In this document: positions 39,128-49,075 of the stretch, in pieces
Layout: every line of letters begins with the position of its first letter
Position numbering within the stretch: position 1 is the stretch's first letter
Source of the DNA: a virus
Direction: 5' to 3' (one strand)
IMG/VR virus record: IMGVR_UViG_3300042892_000474
Span: 42,075-106,074 of that record
DNA: 64,000 nt
Translations under genes and position numbers: made by a program
The notes under the pieces: model-generated
The model's database searches: none
Told to the model about the DNA's origin: nothing
Seen by the model: only the letters and a program-made list of their open reading frames with translations

Positions 39128-40003
39128 ATGAGCAAAAAGAAATACATTGTAGGTTTAGGATGCAGTTGGACGCAAGGCGAAGGCGGCTATCCTGAAGAAA
39201 TATGGAACCAATACAACGGAAAAGTTCAACTAAGGGGTGTTCCCGACTTTCATTTACGTAAGTATGAGCATGAAAACAGTTGGGTCAATCAACTGTGTGT
39301 GAATCATTTCCCTGAGTATACCCCTATGAACTTGGGAGTCCGTGGTATAGGAAATAATGCCGCCGTCAATCAATTACATTTCTGCGACCGCATTGATTGG
39401 GACAATAGTGAAGGATATATTATTCTTATGCTTAGTGGATTTGAACGATTAGACTTCTTTCATCAGTACCCCAAACGAAATGAAAATCAAGACGATGGGT
39501 ATAGTAACGGTGAATTTGTACATTACAAGTGGCGTAGCGCATGGCCTATTGCAGGTGAAGGTGGCGCAGAAGAACCTTTATGGGCGGTATACGGTAAAAT
39601 GCTATGGAGTGAACAATTTGCCGCAAATAATGCATTAATGGCTTTATTGAACTTGCAATCATTTGCTAAGGCGCATGGCTTTAAAGTAGTTGTTGCTAAC
39701 TCATTCAATCAATCACCGGGTGGATCAGTCACTAAATATCTACTAGAAAACGCCGGCAATGTGTTTAACAAGTTTGATTGGTCTACGTATTTGCATAATC
39801 AAACAAAATACGGTGCATTTGTACAGCGTTTTGTAGAATTAGACGGACTTATGAACCCTAAGGACTGGGGCGGACATTATGAGTTTTACAGTAAGAGGGC
39901 CTGGCCAGCTAAATATTTGACTAACTGTATTCATCCAACTGTTGAAGGATACAAGTTTATAGCCAAAGAATTGGCCACCTTCATACAGAATAAAAATGTC
40001 TAA
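39128..40003 (+). CDS. SGNH/GDSL-like hydrolase or acyltransferase
   Basis: GCSWTQG (block I), NLGVRGIGN (block II), C-terminal HPT. Confidence 0.7.
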   Translation: MSKKKYIVGLGCSWTQGEGGYPEEIWNQYNGKVQLRGVPDFHLRKYEHENSWVNQLCVNHFPEYTPMNLGVRGIGNNAAVNQLHFCDRIDWDNSEGYIILMLSGFERLDFFHQYPKRNENQDDGYSNGEFVHYKWRSAWPIAGEGGAEEPLWAVYGKMLWSEQFAANNALMALLNLQSFAKAHGFKVVVANSFNQSPGGSVTKYLLENAGNVFNKFDWSTYLHNQTKYGAFVQRFVELDGLMNPKDWGGHYEFYSKRAWPAKYLTNCIHPTVEGYKFIAKELATFIQNKNV

Positions 40004-41924
40004 AAAGATAATCAGCTTTGTCAGTCCTAACTTTCAACAGGGTCCTAAGGAATTAAACGCATATTACTTGCCGTATAGTCCGGGAATCCTGTGGAGCTAC
40101 GTAAATCAGTTCCCTACAATTAATGAAAACTATGAATTGGGGGAATTTATTTGGCGCCGCGAAGACATAGAAGATGCAGTAGAGATATTAAAAGACAGTG
40201 ATGTAATTGGCTTCAGTACATATATTTGGAATCGTAGTTATACTAAAGAATTGGGGAAAGCATTAAAATTAGCTAATCCTAATTTATTCATTATTGGTGG
40301 CGGCCCCGAATTCCCTATCGAAAAAGAAGATATCTTTGAACAATACCCTTTCTTAGATATATGCGTTAAGCTTGAGGGTGAAAAAACATTCCGTGCAGTA
40401 TTAGAAGAACATTTAAAAGACACCCCTGACTATAAATCTATTAAAGGTATGCTAGTTAATGACAACGGGGTAGCAGTTAGTACAGGTGATACCGTTCGTA
40501 TTGATGACTTAGATACGATTCCTAGTCCTTATCTGACGGGTATATTCGATAAACTAATGAAGAAGCACCCTGAGATTCGTTGGAACGGAACTATCGAAAC
40601 AAACAGAGGATGCCCCTATGCATGTACCTTCTGTGATTGGGGTAGCTTGACATACAATAAAGTAAAGATATTCGAATTAGAAAGAGTATTTGCTGAATTA
40701 GAGTGGATGGGTCAGAATCAATTTGATTTTATTAGCTTTACCGATGCGAATTTTGGTATCTTTGCAGAGCGTGATAGTTTAATTGCTGATAAATTAATTG
40801 CTGTACAAAAAGAATACGGCATGCCACGTGCATATACAATTGCCTGGGCGAAGAATCAAAAGAAAGAAGTTGTTGATATCGTTAAGAAATTAATCTATGA
40901 AGGTGGAGCCAAGATCGGCTTAAACTTGTCTGTGCAGACAATGGACGAGAACACATTAGAGATCATCAAACGAACCAACTTAGATACAAACAAGATTGGT
41001 GAAGTGTTTGTTATGTGTGAAGAGGCTAACATCCCGTTGTACACAGAGTTGATTCTAGGACTGCCGGGTGAAACATTAGCAAGTTGGAAAGAAAACTTCT
41101 ATAGATTGTACAAAGCAGGCAATCACACTGGTATCACTGTATATCAAGCACAACTATTAGAAAACGCTGAAATGAATCTGACTCAGCGTAAGATGTATAA
41201 GCTACAAGGTCAAGTTGTTTACGATTACTTAGTAGGCTCTAACAACGAAAAGAATCTACGTGAAGGTGTTGAAATTGTGGTAAGCACACGTGACTTACCA
41301 CTTGACAAGATGCTTCAAGCGCAATTACACAGTTGGTATCAAAACACATTTCACATTAACGGCATGACAAACTATATCAGTCGTGTATTGTTTAAATTGC
41401 ACGGTGTTGAATATAGAGATTTCTATGAAAAACTTTATCAATATATAGAAAAAGATCCATGGGTTAACAGTGAGATTCAACGTATTGGTAAACATTATGG
41501 GTTATGGGGTGAGAAGGGAATGATAGATCACCCATTATTAATGGGTATGCACATTCACGGATGGAACTTAATACATAGTACTATTATCATGTTACACAGT
41601 GATAATAAACATAAGCATATTTTTGACATTATTGAAAGTTTCTTACTAAAAGAGTATCCATTACCCAAAGACTTACACGATGAGTTAATGCTTATCCAAC
41701 GTAATTATTTGGTTGACTATACACAATGCGGAACATATCCTAAGGTTATTGACTTTAAGTATGATATATTCGGCTATCTACAGAATCAAAATGAATTAGA
41801 ATCTCCTGCTAGTTATGAGTTTGATTTCCCTGAGGATAAGACAATGACATTAGAGAAATTTTGTGAACAGATATTCTTTGCAAGACGTAGAAACTTTGGT
41901 AAGGCTTGGGTTACTAGAAAATGA
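39996..41924 (+). CDS. B12-binding-domain radical SAM enzyme (class B methyltransferase-like)
   Basis: GFSTYIWN, GGPE, GE (B12 domain); RGCPYACTFC, DANFG, ILGLPGET. Confidence 0.88.
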   Translation: MSKKIISFVSPNFQQGPKELNAYYLPYSPGILWSYVNQFPTINENYELGEFIWRREDIEDAVEILKDSDVIGFSTYIWNRSYTKELGKALKLANPNLFIIGGGPEFPIEKEDIFEQYPFLDICVKLEGEKTFRAVLEEHLKDTPDYKSIKGMLVNDNGVAVSTGDTVRIDDLDTIPSPYLTGIFDKLMKKHPEIRWNGTIETNRGCPYACTFCDWGSLTYNKVKIFELERVFAELEWMGQNQFDFISFTDANFGIFAERDSLIADKLIAVQKEYGMPRAYTIAWAKNQKKEVVDIVKKLIYEGGAKIGLNLSVQTMDENTLEIIKRTNLDTNKIGEVFVMCEEANIPLYTELILGLPGETLASWKENFYRLYKAGNHTGITVYQAQLLENAEMNLTQRKMYKLQGQVVYDYLVGSNNEKNLREGVEIVVSTRDLPLDKMLQAQLHSWYQNTFHINGMTNYISRVLFKLHGVEYRDFYEKLYQYIEKDPWVNSEIQRIGKHYGLWGEKGMIDHPLLMGMHIHGWNLIHSTIIMLHSDNKHKHIFDIIESFLLKEYPLPKDLHDELMLIQRNYLVDYTQCGTYPKVIDFKYDIFGYLQNQNELESPASYEFDFPEDKTMTLEKFCEQIFFARRRNFGKAWVTRK

Positions 41925-43966
41925 AAACAGTTTATGTAAGTCAGTTAGACGACCCCACACTAGATGATTTTATCAACGTTGTTTCTAATGAGAAACCAAA
42001 CATAATTATATTACTATGTGAAACTGAATGGCATTCACGTGAGTTAACCATTGACATGGCTAACCTATTGAATGATAACAATATTAAACTAATAGTTACA
42101 GTTGGTGCATTTATTAGCGATTACTATGTTGAACAAACAAAATATTTTAACAATATAGAAATAATCCACTGGCACACATACTGGATTCATTGGGCGGTGC
42201 AATGTAGCAATCAGTTAGATTTCAATAGAACATATACCGATTTTAAATATCCTTATATTTGTTTGAATAATAAGAATTGGATTCATCGTTGTATGTTAGT
42301 AGATGAGTTAACTGGTCAGGGTTTACTAGATAAAGGTATTGTAACCTGGAATAGATTTCCTGCAAGAAATCCTAGCTTATATCAATTCAAACACTATAAT
42401 GATGAGGTCAGATTAATATCAGACGACTTTGAAACTAAACTAGATTCATTTTTGATTCCTGATGAATATCATCAATCATTTTTACATGTAATAGGTGAGG
42501 CTACTACAACAGTGCCTTTTATTACTGAGAAGACTTGCTTACCTATATTGTTTAAAAAGCCGTTTGTCATAATGGCTGATCAGTATTTTCATCAAAAGTT
42601 AGTAAACATGGGTTTTGAGTTATATGATGAGATTATAGATTACAGTTTCGACAGTGAGCCCGACATGCTTAAACGTGCTGAGGCTATTGCAGTAAACGTT
42701 AAACGTATATCAGAACAGAATACTACTGAGTTATATCAAAGAATTAAAGCCAAAGCTGAACGCAATTATAATAATTATATGCGTATATTCAAAGACATTA
42801 ACACTATTCCCGAGATTATCAAAGACCGTATATACGCAATAAACAACGGCTTAGTAACAAAACAAAATGCAACAGATGGTAGATATGTTCACATGTGTCA
42901 TTTAATGGTTAACCGTCATAAGATTATACATTTTGATATATGGGACAGTCAACTAGTAGAAAAAATCAACAATTTTATAAACGACAGGGGACGAATATCC
43001 AAGATAATATTCAACAGTGCAATAGAGTTTGAGTACAATAAAGCCGCCGGATCTATAACATTGTTTAATGAGCTAGTAGAGTTTGCTAAACTTTATAACA
43101 TTGAGTTTCATCTTATAACCGGTATTAATAAACATAATACAATATCTATATCTGATTACGTGAAAATTTACTATTGGCCAACCTTTTGGCTTACAATGGC
43201 ATTGAGTAGACTTTTAGTAAGTCCTAACTATCAAATGAATAATAGTATATGTTTAGATGTAGAGGATGTGCATGTGTCTAGAAATATTCCTATCAAATAT
43301 CCTTTTATTAGCATGAATAAAGCACCTAAGATTCATAGAGCTATAATGATGGATATGTTAGCTAAACATGATGTAATTGACAAGGGTGTAGTAATCTGGC
43401 GTGAGACTACTGAATCTTATCCATTTAAGTATTGGAACCAAGAGATTATGTTGCGTGACCAGTTAGATAGATTTGTAAGTCAAGAAAGATTACCATTAGA
43501 ATATGCAATGTCTTTCATGCAATTGGTTCCAGAAACTAGTGAAATATTATTTGGTCTTTCAGAAAAAACAGCAATGCCGTTGTTCTTTAATAAGCCGTTT
43601 TTAGTAGCGGGTTGTATGGGTTTCCATAAACAATTACAAGAATTAGGATTTAAATTATACGATGAATTGTTTGATTATACGTTTGATAGTGAACCTGACA
43701 TTGATATTAGGTATGACTTAATAGCACAGAATATCAATCGTTACACTGATAAAACTCCGGGGCAGTTAAAAGAACTATATAATAGTGTATTTGAAAAGTG
43801 TGTGTACAATAAGAAAATAGCTTTGAAACTAGCTACACAATCATCATTGATTCCCACAGTGTGGCAAGACTTAGTTAATCATGTTGTTATCAATAAGTAT
43901 CCAGATTATTCAGATGACATAAACAACTTTATTAGAAACAATGAACATAGATTTAAAGAAATATAA
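41921..43966 (+). CDS. Protein with two tandem GT10-like domains (copies 3 and 4)
   Basis: Two units: IHR...VIGEA...ITEKT...KPF...YDEIIDYSFDSEPD and IHR...LVPET...LSEKT...KPF...YDELFDYTFDSEPD. Confidence 0.6.
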   Translation: MKTVYVSQLDDPTLDDFINVVSNEKPNIIILLCETEWHSRELTIDMANLLNDNNIKLIVTVGAFISDYYVEQTKYFNNIEIIHWHTYWIHWAVQCSNQLDFNRTYTDFKYPYICLNNKNWIHRCMLVDELTGQGLLDKGIVTWNRFPARNPSLYQFKHYNDEVRLISDDFETKLDSFLIPDEYHQSFLHVIGEATTTVPFITEKTCLPILFKKPFVIMADQYFHQKLVNMGFELYDEIIDYSFDSEPDMLKRAEAIAVNVKRISEQNTTELYQRIKAKAERNYNNYMRIFKDINTIPEIIKDRIYAINNGLVTKQNATDGRYVHMCHLMVNRHKIIHFDIWDSQLVEKINNFINDRGRISKIIFNSAIEFEYNKAAGSITLFNELVEFAKLYNIEFHLITGINKHNTISISDYVKIYYWPTFWLTMALSRLLVSPNYQMNNSICLDVEDVHVSRNIPIKYPFISMNKAPKIHRAIMMDMLAKHDVIDKGVVIWRETTESYPFKYWNQEIMLRDQLDRFVSQERLPLEYAMSFMQLVPETSEILFGLSEKTAMPLFFNKPFLVAGCMGFHKQLQELGFKLYDELFDYTFDSEPDIDIRYDLIAQNINRYTDKTPGQLKELYNSVFEKCVYNKKIALKLATQSSLIPTVWQDLVNHVVINKYPDYSDDINNFIRNNEHRFKEI

Positions 43967-44732
43967 GCGTATATTTGCATTTGGATGTAGTTTTACATTC
44001 TACAAGTGGCAAACTTGGGCAGACTTAATAGCAGTAGAAACAAAAGCAGAGTATTATAATTATGCTATTGCAGGGTTAGGTAATATGGGTATAATGGCTA
44101 GAGTTGCCGAAGCCAATGCCAAATATAAATTCAATGATACTGATCTAGTAATGATAATGTGGTCTACATTCAGCAGAGAAGATAGATGGATTAATACCGG
44201 TTGGTTTACTCAAGGTAATGTATGGAATTCAGAATACCCTAAGAGTTGGGTAAAAGATTATTGTGATCCTGCAGGCTATATGATTCGTGACCATGCTATA
44301 ATTAACTTAGTTAATAAGTCATTAGCACAAAGTAACTGTGGTACAATATTGTTGAAAAGTATTCCATTTAAGTATACTGAATATGGTAGTGTTGACAACG
44401 AACATGTAACAAACACCTTGTCTTCATTATATCAAAAAGAGTATGATGACATGCCAATATCATTATATGACTTTTTAGGACAAAACTGGTCTACAGATCC
44501 AGTGCCATATATAACGTTTGCCGGCCATATGCAAAGGGATCCTCACTCTAAACCAACATTATATTATGATTACTTAAAAGCATGTGGGTTAGAATTGAGT
44601 AAAACAACACATGAGTATGCCTTAGAAGCTACACACTTGTTAACTCAGTGCAAAACTGAACAAGATATCCAACAAAAGTTTGGAACCCCATTACAATGTT
44701 TAATCAGTAAAGATTTCACATTTTTACTATGA
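43941..44732 (+). CDS. SGNH/GDSL-like protein
   Basis: FGCSFT, NYAIAGLGN, DPH. Confidence 0.68.
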   Translation: MNIDLKKYKRIFAFGCSFTFYKWQTWADLIAVETKAEYYNYAIAGLGNMGIMARVAEANAKYKFNDTDLVMIMWSTFSREDRWINTGWFTQGNVWNSEYPKSWVKDYCDPAGYMIRDHAIINLVNKSLAQSNCGTILLKSIPFKYTEYGSVDNEHVTNTLSSLYQKEYDDMPISLYDFLGQNWSTDPVPYITFAGHMQRDPHSKPTLYYDYLKACGLELSKTTHEYALEATHLLTQCKTEQDIQQKFGTPLQCLISKDFTFLL

Positions 44733-45793
44733 AATACCTTTATGTACGCATTGCTCCTTACTTAGGAAAAACCGTCAGCCTTGAAGGCTTAGTTCAGGAA
44801 ATTAATAATACCGTAACGTTATATTATGAACCCGGCGATGAGATAATGTTTACTGCTATAGTTGAAAAATTAAGCACATTTGACAAAAGTTTTTTTGATT
44901 CAATATTAGATAACGCGGGAGCTTACGCACAATCGATAAACATACCACATCATTATCTATTGCATGATACCGCAAGAGAATTGACTAAAGATAGAAAAAA
45001 TGTCTATTATATAAACACTTGGGCTTACATTACGTATAAGCACAGTGTAACTAGACATAGAAATAAATGGTATCCAGAAAGTAAAAAAGCATTATTTTTA
45101 ATAGGGAAACCTGTTAGACGCCATAGGATAGGTTTGATGTATTACTTCTACGCTAATAATCTATTAGAGTACTTAGACTACTCATTATACTTTCCCCCAA
45201 CACCAAACAATATAAATGCTATAAAAAATGCAGACATACATTATCTACAGGATGAACAGTATATTATCAAGTTTTTAATAGACATACAAAAGCCTAGTAT
45301 GGACATTGATATTTCAAAATGTTATGATACCAATGTATTTGAATATACTGGTTTTCCAACTAACCTTAAATATTATAAAAATACTTGTCTAAGCATTGTC
45401 AGTGAAAATTCAGTTGAATTAACACCTAATCCAATGGGCAAAATCGATATGCCTTACTTGACAGAAAAACTATATAGAGCAATGATCAATCACCATCCCT
45501 TTATAATTGTAGGGGATATAGGAATTGATGAACATCTAACCCAATTGGGGTACAAGACATTTAACAAGTTTTTTCTACCGCCGGCCACTGAGATTGATCT
45601 GATATTAAATTGGACAGCAAAAAGTGTCAAACACTTTATAGATAATTTAGACAAGAACGTAGATGAAATAAGAGAAATGGTAACACATAATTACAATCAT
45701 TACATGCAACAATCTGTTAATGAAATAGAATATTTAAAGAAAATGTTGCCCTCTATAGAGTTAGAACACGTTGACCTATTAGGTAAATTGTAA
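44729..45793 (+). CDS. Putative GT10-like glycosyltransferase, copy 5
   Basis: RRHR...SIVSEN...YLTEKLYR...HPFIIVG...GYKTF. Confidence 0.58.
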   Translation: MKYLYVRIAPYLGKTVSLEGLVQEINNTVTLYYEPGDEIMFTAIVEKLSTFDKSFFDSILDNAGAYAQSINIPHHYLLHDTARELTKDRKNVYYINTWAYITYKHSVTRHRNKWYPESKKALFLIGKPVRRHRIGLMYYFYANNLLEYLDYSLYFPPTPNNINAIKNADIHYLQDEQYIIKFLIDIQKPSMDIDISKCYDTNVFEYTGFPTNLKYYKNTCLSIVSENSVELTPNPMGKIDMPYLTEKLYRAMINHHPFIIVGDIGIDEHLTQLGYKTFNKFFLPPATEIDLILNWTAKSVKHFIDNLDKNVDEIREMVTHNYNHYMQQSVNEIEYLKKMLPSIELEHVDLLGKL

Positions 45794-45809
45794 TAAATTT
45801 AAATGACTG

Positions 45810-45834
45810 TACCTAAACAAATAAATATTAGGTA
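45810..45834 (+). promoter_or_regulatory. Late promoter core ATAAATA (45821-45827) enclosed by inverted repeat TACCTAA/TTAGGTA
   Basis: Read directly from the sequence; GAGGT RBS and the ATG at 45850 follow. Confidence 0.55.
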
Positions 45835-45849
45835 TACATGAGGTATTAA

Positions 45850-48800
45850 ATGAAAAAAGTAGCAATGATTGGTGTAGGTAAATTGGGTCAAGACTGTGCA
45901 GAGGTTATGGCTGACGCAGGGTATGACGTTGTAGGATATGACGTAGAGCCTAGACTTCCAATGTTCCCTATGAAGGATACAATTGAAGAAGCAGTTAAGG
46001 ATAGAGACTTTATTTTTATAGCAGCTCCTACTCCACACAATCCAATTTACGGGGGAGAAACTCCAACAAGTCATCTCCCCAACAAAGATTTTGATTACAC
46101 TATCGTTACTGATATTCTTACAGAGGTCAATAGACACGTTACTAGAAGTCAATTAGTTGTTCTTATCAGTACAGTGCTACCCGGAACAGTTCGAAACATC
46201 CTAGAGCCTTGTATCACTAACGCAAGATTCATTTACAACCCTTACCTTATTGCTATGGGTACCGTAAAATGGGACATGGTAAATCCAGAAATGGTAATTA
46301 TCGGTACAGAAGATGGTAGCCTAACAGGTGATGCTAGTGAACTAATTGACTTCTATAAAGTGTTTATGCAGAATGATCCACGCTATGAAGTTGGCACATG
46401 GGACGAAGCTGAGTCAATTAAGATTTTCTACAATACATTCATCAGTACCAAACTAGCATTAGTTAACATGGTTCAGGATGTTGCAGAGACTAACGGCAAC
46501 ATCAACGTAGATGTAGTTACACAAGCATTGGCTAAGAGCACACATCGCATCATGGGTCCAGCATACATGAAAGCCGGACTAGGAGACGCCGGCGCGTGTC
46601 ACCCACGGGATAACATTGCATTACGTTATCTAGCAGACAGATTAGATTTGGGTTATGACTTGTTTGATTCAATCATGACCGCACGTGAAGTACAAGCTGA
46701 ACGTATGGCCTTGCGTTGCTTAAAGAATGGCCGTAATGTAACAATCATCGGTAAAGCATACAAGCCATGTGTCCCCTATACAAACGGTAGTGCAAGTATG
46801 TTAGTGGGGTACTACATTGAAAAACATGGTGGTAACTTAAACTACTACGATCCAAATACTGAGGATCATGACATGCGTGAAGACTGGACTCATGTGTATC
46901 TAATTGGATATTGGGAGAGTTGGGTTGAGAATTTAAAGTTTAAAGATCCGGGCGCTGTGATTATTGATCCATGGCGCATGATGACTAGTCATCAACATAG
47001 TGGTGAAATTATACATTACGGTGATACTAGAACAAAGCACAATTACCGTGTTCCTTCTACTACAACTGAAACAATGTTACGTCAAGTGTTTGAAATGTTT
47101 CCAGACATTAAGGACTATGAAAATGCTATTCATTTGATTGACGCTACAATTAATTTTGAAACAATGTTTGTACGTAGACCTACAGAAGATATTGTTAAGG
47201 AAATGCGTGAAGCTCATAAGAATGGTAAGTCAAAGTTCTTGTTCTTTGCGGCTACTGAAGCATTTATGCCACATGTTCAAAGTAAGATACAACGTATTGC
47301 TAACATTGTTGATGATACTATTTCGGAAGAAGACATCATTGTAGTCACTGGTGTCGTTGATGCTGATAAAGTATATGAAAAATTAATTGATAAGAATGGT
47401 TGGAACAAACGTGTTTCATTGTTAAATTGTCATTTCTTCAACTACATTACTACGACATATGCTCAAGGATATGAATACATTGGTGGGTATGATATTAGAT
47501 TTAGGGGTAAAATATTCACATGTTTTAATAAACTAAATCGTGAGCATAGATTAATGCTACTTGAAAGAATGTTGCATGAAAATTTAGTTGATAAAGCCTG
47601 GTACAGCTTTGAGGGTGACACTGACTTTAAAGAAAAGATTCCGTTATTACGTACTCAAAAGTTTCCATTAATTAAACAAAATGCAGAACTATTTCCATTG
47701 CGATTGAATATCACAGAACATAGACACAATCCAGTGGACATTCAACCCGATGATTTGCAATACTATAAAGACAGTTATTTCAGTGTAATCACTGAAACAT
47801 TGTTCTATGATAAGAATCGTCCGGATCAAGCGCATCGTCCTTTTGTTGAAGATAGCTTGTTTTTAACTGAAAAAACATATCGTTGCTTTGCATTAAATCA
47901 CCCGTTCGTATTAATGGCTAGACCACATTGCTTGCGTGAATTACGTAAACAAGGGTATAAAACATTTAGTCCATACATTGATGAATCATATGATGACATT
48001 CAAAATGATGACCTGCGTTTTGAAGCAGTTGTTAAAGAAATTAAACGACTAAATAACTTTACAGGTGGCGATTGGGAAGTATGGCAAGCTGGTATAAAAG
48101 AAATTGTTGAATTCAATCAACAACATTTCCATACTAATAAGGATTTTGCAATCACTAAAAATTATCAACAATTGTTTAATAATGTTGTTATTACTAAGCC
48201 AGTTGTTCACGTAGCTCAAAAAGTGCAAACAATAACATATCCAATTGATCAGCCTATTATTAAGCCAGAACCGTTGTCTGTAATCATACCTGTACAGGAT
48301 ATGCCTGCACCCAATTTGAATCTTGATTCGGTTAGGTCTTTTCCGATGCCGGCCGAATCAAATCCCGATCAATTAGATTGGTCTAAACAAACTCGCAGTT
48401 TTGAAAATGGTTTCGTGCTAGAATATCCTACGCACATGGATGGCGGCGGCTTTGAAATCAAAGATGAGTTATATTCATTGATTGAACGAATCGGAAAAGA
48501 ACATTACGGACGTGCGTTAGATTGGTGTTCAGGAGTGGGCCCATTAGGCTATGATCTCCTAGACAAAAACAAAGTTGATACTATAGCATTTGTTGATATA
48601 CACGGACCTTCTATAAAGTCTTGTTTATCTAATGCATCTGCTAACAAAATGACTGACCGAGTTAGTGCATATGTATGTGATAACATAATGCAAATACCTT
48701 CTGCGGAAAAATTTGACTTAGTTATAGCAAATCCCCCGCATAGTGGTGACAGGCAAGCTTTTATTGAATCGCTTGAACACTTAAACTGCTTAGATAATAC

Positions 48801-49014
48801 ATGTAGGTTAATAGTTGATGATGGGTATGAAGCACTGCAGGATTTCTATGAAAATATTAAAAAGTACCTAAATCCAGGTGCCGATATTTTCATCACTACC
48901 GGCGCCAACCAAGAACATTACATTGCGTGGGCTACAAGCGGTGGGTTGAAGTTTAAGGGTTTTTGCCCAATGGCAGATAACCCCAATAGTGGCATATACC
49001 ATTATACTGTATAA
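45850..49014 (+). CDS. Fusion: UDP-glucose/GDP-mannose 6-dehydrogenase-like + GT10-like domain (copy 6) + class I SAM methyltransferase
   Basis: GVGKLG, PTP, AESIKIFYN, GACHPRD (dehydrogenase); SVITET...LTEKT...HPF (GT10-like); LDWCSGVG and ANPPH (methyltransferase). Confidence 0.85.
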   Translation: MKKVAMIGVGKLGQDCAEVMADAGYDVVGYDVEPRLPMFPMKDTIEEAVKDRDFIFIAAPTPHNPIYGGETPTSHLPNKDFDYTIVTDILTEVNRHVTRSQLVVLISTVLPGTVRNILEPCITNARFIYNPYLIAMGTVKWDMVNPEMVIIGTEDGSLTGDASELIDFYKVFMQNDPRYEVGTWDEAESIKIFYNTFISTKLALVNMVQDVAETNGNINVDVVTQALAKSTHRIMGPAYMKAGLGDAGACHPRDNIALRYLADRLDLGYDLFDSIMTAREVQAERMALRCLKNGRNVTIIGKAYKPCVPYTNGSASMLVGYYIEKHGGNLNYYDPNTEDHDMREDWTHVYLIGYWESWVENLKFKDPGAVIIDPWRMMTSHQHSGEIIHYGDTRTKHNYRVPSTTTETMLRQVFEMFPDIKDYENAIHLIDATINFETMFVRRPTEDIVKEMREAHKNGKSKFLFFAATEAFMPHVQSKIQRIANIVDDTISEEDIIVVTGVVDADKVYEKLIDKNGWNKRVSLLNCHFFNYITTTYAQGYEYIGGYDIRFRGKIFTCFNKLNREHRLMLLERMLHENLVDKAWYSFEGDTDFKEKIPLLRTQKFPLIKQNAELFPLRLNITEHRHNPVDIQPDDLQYYKDSYFSVITETLFYDKNRPDQAHRPFVEDSLFLTEKTYRCFALNHPFVLMARPHCLRELRKQGYKTFSPYIDESYDDIQNDDLRFEAVVKEIKRLNNFTGGDWEVWQAGIKEIVEFNQQHFHTNKDFAITKNYQQLFNNVVITKPVVHVAQKVQTITYPIDQPIIKPEPLSVIIPVQDMPAPNLNLDSVRSFPMPAESNPDQLDWSKQTRSFENGFVLEYPTHMDGGGFEIKDELYSLIERIGKEHYGRALDWCSGVGPLGYDLLDKNKVDTIAFVDIHGPSIKSCLSNASANKMTDRVSAYVCDNIMQIPSAEKFDLVIANPPHSGDRQAFIESLEHLNCLDNTCRLIVDDGYEALQDFYENIKKYLNPGADIFITTGANQEHYIAWATSGGLKFKGFCPMADNPNSGIYHYTV

Positions 49015-49026
49015 TGTCCATATGTG

Positions 49027-49055
49027 TTGTACTACTTGTAACAGAGTAGTATAAT
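49027..49055 (+). promoter_or_regulatory. Sigma70-type promoter TTGTAC-N17-TATAAT with an overlapping palindrome
   Basis: -35 at 49027-49032, -10 at 49050-49055, 17-nt spacer; TACTACT (49030-49036) / AGTAGTA (49045-49051); AGGAG RBS at 49065-49069. Confidence 0.6.
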
Positions 49056-49075
49056 ATAGAAAATAGGAGCACATT

